Of a DNA stretch of 13,236 bases, positions 7,569 to 13,236 are shown in pieces. The notes beneath the pieces were generated by a model that had not been told where the DNA came from, ran no database searches, and was given only the letters and a program-made list of their open reading frames with translations. Position numbers and translations under genes: made by a program. Positions within the stretch are counted from its first letter, which is position 1, and each line of letters begins with the position of its first letter. The DNA comes from Thermoplasmatota archaeon (lineage in GTDB: Archaea > Thermoplasmatota > Penumbrarchaeia > Penumbrarchaeales > Penumbrarchaeaceae): positions 1 to 13,236 of the forward strand of contig CBDDUX010000074.1 in the NCBI GenBank assembly GCA_965234725.1, read 5' to 3'.

Positions 7569-7748
7569 TTAATGCTTCATCAATCGGTTCGCAAATGGTT
7601 TATCTTGAAGTAGACCCCAGTCCCAATCATTTACCGATGCAGCATGGATCTTCACGAGAATTTCATCGTCATTGGTCAATGGTTTTTCAACCTATTCGAA
7701 CCGGAGAATATCCGGTTGCCCATATTAATAAAAAACGATGGATTTCGT
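7569..7748 (-). pseudogene. MDR copy 4: degenerate 5' fragment
   Basis: 7748->7569 reads (ACG)KSIVFY*YGQPDILRFE*VEKPLTNDDEILVKIHAASVNDWDWGLLQDKPFANRLMKH*. The start is ACG and there are two in-frame stops (7725-7727, 7692-7694). Most similar to 9077..10036 ([10 protein letters not shown]...FANRMM). Confidence 0.9.
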
Positions 7749-7767
7749 AATCTTCCCTTCAAGGATG

Positions 7768-8745
7768 TTAGGTTGTTTCATCATTCTCCACAGTTATGAC
7801 AACATTTCCTATCTTCTGTCCTTTTTCAACAAACCGAAACGCCTTGGCAATTTGTTCAAGCGGGTATTTTCTGTCTATCACTGCTTCATATTTTCCTTCC
7901 TTGATCAACTTCTTGATAAATCCCAAAGTTCCTTTGCAATCCACCGGAAGCGGGAATTTTGTCTTTTTCTTTCTAAATAGAGGAGTTATCAAGGATAGGA
8001 ATATATTCTGATACAGGAAACCAAGTTCTGATGAAATATATATGCCCCCAGGTTTCAACACCGGTTTGCATTTGAAGAAAGAACTTTTTCCAACGGTATC
8101 AAAGATAAAATCAAATTTTATGTCACGTTGTGTAAAATCCTCTTTCGTATAATCAATAACCTCGCTGGCCCCTAATGATCTTACCAGTTCGAAATGCTCC
8201 GTCCTGCACACTCCCGTTACTTCAGCTCCAAAATATTAGGATAATTGGACAGTTGCAGAACCGATACCTCCAGTCGCACCATTAACGAGGACTTTCCGCC
8301 CCTTCTTAAGGTCTACTTTGTTGATGAAATTATATGCATAGAACGGTCCTTCGGAAGATGCTGCAGCTTCCTCATATGTCATATTATCAGGCATCGTTAC
8401 TATCGCCATATCTTCTGATATTGCCATGTATTGAGCATGGGTTCCATAAAGTAACTCTGTAAATCCAAAGACCCTATCACCGACATTGAAGGACGATACA
8501 TCTTTTCCAACCTCTTCGATCCTACCGGCAAATTCGGTTCCCGGGATCGATCTCTTTGGTTTGAAAAAACCTGTAACGAATCTACTGAAGAACGGTTTCC
8601 CTCGAATAAAAGCGTCATCAGTTCGATTAACGGTCGTAGCATATATCTTTATCAGAATTTCGTTATCCTTGGGAATGGGCTTTTTAACTTCTTTCAGCTC
8701 CAGAACATCGGGTGATCCGTAACCGGTAAATACTACAGCCTTCAA
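7768..8745 (-). pseudogene. MDR copy 5: full length, interrupted by one in-frame TAA (8236-8238)
   Basis: ORFs 8236..8745 and 7768..8211 are in the same frame: ...GGIGSATVQLS*YFGAEVTGVCRTEH...; paralogs have Q(I/L)AKxFGAEVTGVC, so AAA->TAA. TTG start. Confidence 0.9.
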
Positions 8746-8779
8746 AGTTGAACCTTCCTGATCTTCAAACAGATCCCAT

Positions 8780-9050
8780 CTAAATGTGATCTAAAGATAA
8801 TACAACATTGCCCTATTTTTCCCTGGTGTCTAAGATAACGTCATAGATCTCTCCATTTTCTGTAAAACCCTCTTTTGTATGGTCGATCACTTTGTCCACT
8901 ACAAATAATCTGACCAACTCCAATTTCATAGTACTGCAGGCTCCGGTAACTTCAGCTCCAAACTTCATTGTCCTCAGATGTAGGTTTCTCTACCTCTTTG
9001 ATCTGAAGAACCTCAGGTGGCCCATATTTATAATAAATTGCAGCCTTCTT
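8780..9050 (-). pseudogene. MDR copy 6: collapsed gene with N-terminal, middle and C-terminal pieces
   Basis: (AAG)[29 protein letters not shown] | frameshift | [46 protein letters not shown] | REK*GNVVLSLDHI*. Confidence 0.9.
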
Positions 9051-9076
9051 GATCCCGCACCTTGTCAATTTTTTCT

Positions 9077-10036
9077 TCATTTCATAGTTACAACGATCTT
9101 TCCTTTATGATCCCCTGTCCCATAATATCTGAAAGCCTCAGCAGCATCTTTCAATGAATAGCATTTATCGATAACAGGTTTGACCTTCCCGGATTCGAAA
9201 AGTTCTTTCATCCGATCCAATCCCTTGTTGACATCATACATCATGAGACCGATCTTTTTAGTCCCCTTTGATCCAAAAATATGGGCCCATAGCATCAACC
9301 ATCCCGAACCCCCTACCATCGAGCATACTCCATTCTCAGCAAGGGAATGTCTGTATTCGGAAAGCTTATGACTTCCTACGACCTCAATTATATGATCATA
9401 GTTCTGTCCGTTCTTTGTGAAATCTTCCTTAGTATGATCAATTACATGGTCAGCACCAATGGATCTCATCAACTCCATCTTTCCGGCATTGTCCACTCCC
9501 GTCACTTCAGCTCCAAGTCCTTTGGCGATCTGTATGGCGAAAGTTCCAACACCGCCACCACCACCATTGATCAAAACTTTTTTTCTCGGTCCAATACTTC
9601 CATGATGATCAAAACTCTGAAGTGCAAGCAATCCCGCTTGAGGAATTGCAGCTGCTTCTTCGAAGGTCATGTTAGGAGATTTCAAGGTCACAGAATTTTC
9701 AGGTGCACAAACATACTCGGCTAAACCTCCCCAATTTTGATCCGATAGATCCCCGAAAACCTCATCTCCAACCTGAAAATTCTCAACACCTCTTCCAACA
9801 GCTTCGATCCTTCCAGCAACATCAGCACCAAGAATGTTCATCTTCTTCGGTTTGAAAAGCCCGAACATCATACGGTTCGCGAACATCTTGGCAGTAAGAA
9901 TACTCCAGTCCCATTCATTGATCGATGCAGCTTTGACCTTAATGAGGACCTCATTATCACTGGGAGAAGGCTTCTTGACATCTTCCAGATGAAGAACATC
10001 AGGTGAACCATATTTTCGAAATACCATTGCCTTCAT
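9077..10036 (-). CDS. zinc-free MDR, copy 7, intact
   Basis: '[15 protein letters not shown]', 'GADVAGRIE', '[11 protein letters not shown]', 'HKGKIVV'. Start revised from 10060 to the ATG at 10036 (AGGTGG upstream; matches paralog N-termini). Confidence 0.93.
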   Translation of the reverse strand: MKAMVFRKYGSPDVLHLEDVKKPSPSDNEVLIKVKAASINEWDWSILTAKMFANRMMFGLFKPKKMNILGADVAGRIEAVGRGVENFQVGDEVFGDLSDQNWGGLAEYVCAPENSVTLKSPNMTFEEAAAIPQAGLLALQSFDHHGSIGPRKKVLINGGGGGVGTFAIQIAKGLGAEVTGVDNAGKMELMRSIGADHVIDHTKEDFTKNGQNYDHIIEVVGSHKLSEYRHSLAENGVCSMVGGSGWLMLWAHIFGSKGTKKIGLMMYDVNKGLDRMKELFESGKVKPVIDKCYSLKDAAEAFRYYGTGDHKGKIVVTMK

Positions 10037-10052
10037 GGTTGCCACCTTGTAA

Positions 10053-11039
10053 TTATTCATCCTCAGCTATGATATTGATGACCACATTACCTTTCTTCTG
10101 TCCAGATTCAACATAAATGTGAGCTTCTGCAGCTTGTTCCAATGTATACTGCCTATCGATCACCGGTCTGATTCTCTCAGTTTCAATGAGTTTTCTGATT
10201 TCAGTCAAGGTTGCTCTATCATACACGATGGTCCCTACGATCATTCTCTTACTACTTGTTATGGCGGTCCAGATCTTCTGGAAGATGTGTCGTATCCTTG
10301 GATTGCCGATCAGGAGTTTTCCATTTTTCTTCAGAGAACGGATATTCCCCGAGAACGATCCCTTCCCCACCACATCGAAGATGACATCATAGGTATCACT
10401 TCTATCGGTGTAGTTATCGGTCTTGTAATCTATCACCTCGTCTGCACCTATGGATCCGAGCATCTCAAGTTTGTCCAAGCTGTCCACTGCGGTAACATGG
10501 GCCCCGAATGATCTTGCATACTGAACTGCTGCGGTTCCTATGCTCCCTCCAGCACCATTGATTAGTACCTTCTGATCTTTCTTGATGTCCACAGCTCCAA
10601 GAAAATGCAAAGTCTCGGAGGTGCCAACAACAGAGGCTGCCGACTCTCCATAGCTAGCATTGTCCGCCTTCTTCTCAAATATTCCATCTTCTGGCAGACA
10701 TTTGTACTCAGTATATGTCCCTAGCTTCATTTCAGGAGACCCAAAGACCTGATCGCCGATATTGAATTTCTTTACATTCTTTCCAACTGATTCTATCTCA
10801 CCTGCGAATTCCATCCCCAGAATGTTTATCCTCTTAGGTTTTCTGAAACCAAAATAAAAGCGCATGGGGAGACTGAACATCAATGGCAAGTTCAGACTTC
10901 GCATCTCACAATCTCCCATTGTCACAGTAGCAGCATGAATTCGTATCAGCACCTCATCGTCCTTCGGAATTGGTTTTTCTACCTCTTTGAATTGAAGGAC
11001 ATCCGGTGGTCCGTATCCAGTCCATACTATAGCTTTCAC
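10053..11039 (-). CDS. zinc-free MDR, copy 8, intact
   Basis: GTG start with GAAGGA upstream; 'MKAIVWTGYGPPDVL', 'GMEFAGEIE', 'VLINGAGGSIG', 'GQKKGNVVI'. Confidence 0.93.
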   Translation of the reverse strand: MKAIVWTGYGPPDVLQFKEVEKPIPKDDEVLIRIHAATVTMGDCEMRSLNLPLMFSLPMRFYFGFRKPKRINILGMEFAGEIESVGKNVKKFNIGDQVFGSPEMKLGTYTEYKCLPEDGIFEKKADNASYGESAASVVGTSETLHFLGAVDIKKDQKVLINGAGGSIGTAAVQYARSFGAHVTAVDSLDKLEMLGSIGADEVIDYKTDNYTDRSDTYDVIFDVVGKGSFSGNIRSLKKNGKLLIGNPRIRHIFQKIWTAITSSKRMIVGTIVYDRATLTEIRKLIETERIRPVIDRQYTLEQAAEAHIYVESGQKKGNVVINIIAEDE

Positions 11040-11073
11040 AAATATTCCTTCTATATAACCAGATTGAGTTTAA

Positions 11074-12075
11074 TTAAATGTGACCAATTATTATTACAAC
11101 ATTTCCTTTTTTATGACCATTTTCAATATATTTATGTGCTTGCGCTGCCTGTTCCAATGTAAAGGTCCTGTCAATAATTGGTTTGATCACATCCTCTTCA
11201 ACCAATTTCTTGAACACCCCCATATCTTCCTGGTTCTCACCTGCAAAGAAACATTTCATCTTCTTCTTGTTGATAATATTATTGAACATCGCCTGAAGCA
11301 CCTTCCTTCCCTTGAAACTGGCACATAAATAGGTTCCATTTTCAGTGAGGGATCCTTTGACCTCAGAGAAGGACTTCTTTCCCAGAATGTCATAGATAAC
11401 ATCATACTTCTCTCCATTCTTGGTGAAATCCTCCCTTTTGTAATCTATAACATGGTCAGCTCCAAGTGAACCCACATAATCCATCATACTCTTACTACAG
11501 ACCCCTGTCACTTCTGCACCTTTATGTTTTGCAATTTGGAGACCAATGGAACCAATACCTCCTGAGGCACCGTTGACAAGTACTTTCATTCCAGGTTTGA
11601 TATCGACCTTCCCCAGATGGCCATTTGCCATGATCATGCCATAAGGGAGGCATGCAGCTTCCTCATGAGACAGGTTGTCAGGTTTCTTCCCGATCATCTT
11701 TTTCTCTGAGATTTTAAGATATTCGGCATATGCGCCCATGGATTGACCTAAGTATCCAAATACCTCATCTCCGACTTTGAAATTCCTTACATCCTTTCCA
11801 ATTGATTCAACAACTCCCGAGAATTCACTTCCAAGTATCCTGACCTTTGGTTTATTCACACCAAAGGACAATTTGACAATAGGGAAAAGCAAGGAAGGCA
11901 TGTAGAAATCCTTCAATGTCTTGTTCTTCAGGTCCCTTGCAAAGAGATCACCGAAATTGATAGTTGTTGCATGGACCTTTACAAGGACCTCATCGCCCTT
12001 TGGTTCAGGTTTAGTGACCTCTTCGATGTGGAGGACCTCCGGAGGTCCGTATTTTTCATAAACTGCAGCTTTCAT
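11074..12075 (-). CDS. zinc-free MDR, copy 9, intact
   Basis: '[15 protein letters not shown]', 'GSEFSGVVE', 'VLVNGASGGIG', 'GHKKGNVVI'. Confidence 0.93.
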   Translation of the reverse strand: MKAAVYEKYGPPEVLHIEEVTKPEPKGDEVLVKVHATTINFGDLFARDLKNKTLKDFYMPSLLFPIVKLSFGVNKPKVRILGSEFSGVVESIGKDVRNFKVGDEVFGYLGQSMGAYAEYLKISEKKMIGKKPDNLSHEEAACLPYGMIMANGHLGKVDIKPGMKVLVNGASGGIGSIGLQIAKHKGAEVTGVCSKSMMDYVGSLGADHVIDYKREDFTKNGEKYDVIYDILGKKSFSEVKGSLTENGTYLCASFKGRKVLQAMFNNIINKKKMKCFFAGENQEDMGVFKKLVEEDVIKPIIDRTFTLEQAAQAHKYIENGHKKGNVVIIIGHI

Positions 12076-12124
12076 ATGGTTGATAGGATGTAAACCAAAT
12101 GTTTTTTATTTTCTCCTGATTCTA

Positions 12125-12955
12125 TCAAGGAGCAATCTGATCGATTATATCATCCTTACTTACATCTGGATGATGATATCTACCATCTTTTTTATCATAT
12201 TTCTTTTTCACCAGTATAGATTGATTAGGACAGAAATTGAAACAGGCAAAACAGTAGAAGCACTGGACATCTTCTTGCCAGATAGGCTTTCCATCCATTA
12301 TCTTGATCTTTCTAGATAAACAGACTTGTTCACAGGTTCTGCAACTTATACACGTGTCATCTACAATGAATCCTACCTCTGACCTGATCTCTTTGGTAAT
12401 AAGGTCCATTATCGGCCGAGTGACAACACCAATCGGATTATTCAGAGGTCCTTTGGGATACCTTTCATTTTTCTGTATCGCCGAACAGAATTCATCAAGT
12501 TGAGGTTTCATCTCCTCATCCATCTTCCTGATATTCTGTATCGAAGTCTTCTCCACCCATTTGGGATCACCCTTACCAGGCTTCAATCCTGTCGGTGAAT
12601 TGGAGGCCATGTTGACTATAAGATAAGAATCCAGTTTTTTTCCCTTCTTTTTTAAAAGACTATTGAGCAGTTTATCTGCAATAGTGAAGGTCCCAATTCT
12701 CGTTGCCACCATGAATATATATTCGGCACAACCGAAATCCAGCTTTGAAATGAATTCTCTCATAGGAGTTGGAATGGTCGTGAAATAAATGGGAAAAACA
12801 AAACCCACTATATCAGAGTTCACCTTTATACTGTCTTTATCCCTAAAGCTTAGGATCGGGATCAGCTCACAATCGGGAACCCTCTTTTGGAGTTCCCTTG
12901 CAACGTGAAGAGAGTTGCCGGTTCCTGAATAGTAGTAAATTGATGTCTTCCCCAT
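12125..12955 (-). CDS. EFR1-family protein (N-terminal flavodoxin-like, C-terminal 2x[4Fe-4S] ferredoxin)
   Basis: 'YYYSGTGNSLHVA', 'VGFVFPIY', 'CISCRTCEQVC', 'CFYCFACFNFCP', terminal 'RYHHP'. Confidence 0.9.
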   Translation of the reverse strand: MGKTSIYYYSGTGNSLHVARELQKRVPDCELIPILSFRDKDSIKVNSDIVGFVFPIYFTTIPTPMREFISKLDFGCAEYIFMVATRIGTFTIADKLLNSLLKKKGKKLDSYLIVNMASNSPTGLKPGKGDPKWVEKTSIQNIRKMDEEMKPQLDEFCSAIQKNERYPKGPLNNPIGVVTRPIMDLITKEIRSEVGFIVDDTCISCRTCEQVCLSRKIKIMDGKPIWQEDVQCFYCFACFNFCPNQSILVKKKYDKKDGRYHHPDVSKDDIIDQIAP

Positions 12956-13074
12956 GGTCCTTCAGGTATCTCTCGATATTAACTTCTTACCAAATAGTGT
13001 CAATTTTACTCAATAATATTGAATGAATTTAATATGGTTGAATAAATATTAATAAAATTCCACTAATCTGGTAT

Positions 13075-13221
13075 ATGGATGGAGGTGAAGGTATCACTTA
13101 TTCTTACAGGAGAAATGAGATTGATCAGGGAGGAGAGCCATCGATAGGCAAGGCATTCAATGCGATGTTTTCTCTCTATTTCAGAGCCTGTCTGAGAAAT
13201 ATGAATGTAGACGCAGATTGA
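13075..13221 (+). CDS. possible 48-aa small hypothetical protein
   Basis: ATG at 13075 to TGA at 13221: MDGGEGITYSYRRNEIDQGGEPSIGKAFNAMFSLYFRACLRNMNVDAD. Follows an AT-rich intergenic region; no recognised motif. Confidence 0.25.
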   Translation: MDGGEGITYSYRRNEIDQGGEPSIGKAFNAMFSLYFRACLRNMNVDAD

Positions 13222-13236
13222 AAAATGCATAATCGT

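Noticed and set aside
7699..7717. Hairpin AACCGGA-GAATA-TCCGGTT
   Set aside because: It lies within the MDR 5' relic coding sequence (QPDILRF), and a 7-bp stem is plausible by chance.
7529..7980. Plus-strand ORFs 7529..7750 and 7738..7980
   Set aside because: They are antisense shadows of MDR copies 4 and 5, with no recognisable features.
7569..8815. Stop-codon recoding (pyrrolysine, selenocysteine or an alternative code) to explain in-frame TAA/TAG
   Set aside because: TAA, TAG and TGA all terminate intact genes in the window. The in-frame TAGs occur only in relics that also lack start codons or have deletions, and each stop is one substitution from the expected Lys or Glu codon.
8892..9110. 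Plus-strand 72-aa ORF with an apparent internal repeat (NFIVL twice)
   Set aside because: It is antisense to the collapsed MDR relic, so the repeat is incidental.
11051..11058. TATA-like TTATATAG upstream of MDR copy 8
   Set aside because: It is only about 12 nt from the GTG start, too close for a canonical archaeal TATA-to-TSS spacing.
7569..12124. Integron attC sites or CRISPR-like repeats between the tandem genes
   Set aside because: Spacers are 16-49 nt, share no repeated sequence or attC-like palindrome that I could see, and no integrase or cas gene is present.
1319..12503. Remaining short alternative-frame or antisense ORFs in the track
   Set aside because: They overlap well-supported genes and show no motifs.

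Overview
This is a probably archaeal window (Thermoplasmatota-like is an inference from HTH_10/Bat-type regulators, TATA boxes and GGAGG/GGTGA ribosome sites). It is dominated by nine copies of zinc-free medium-chain dehydrogenase/reductase genes (MDR; MDR1/quinone-oxidoreductase-like, usually annotated 'NAD(P)-dependent alcohol dehydrogenase'), all on the minus strand within about 9.5 kb. Five copies are intact, one carries a single in-frame TAA, and three are relics absent from the ORF track: a 5' fragment, a 3' fragment, and a gene collapsed by two internal deletions. The copies sit in operon-like modules with small membrane proteins (DUF6326-like; a DUF4386-like relic), divergent HTH_10 regulators (one intact, one relic), a flavodoxin-fold protein, an EFR1-type flavodoxin/ferredoxin, a double C-GCAxxG-C-C protein and a class I SAM methyltransferase. 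A 5'-partial APC permease lies at the left edge, and two small genes (a stand-alone HAAS-like domain and a coiled-coil protein) separate the clusters. The locus looks like a birth-and-death accretion hotspot for one enzyme family. No rRNA, tRNA, CRISPR array or intact mobile element was seen.
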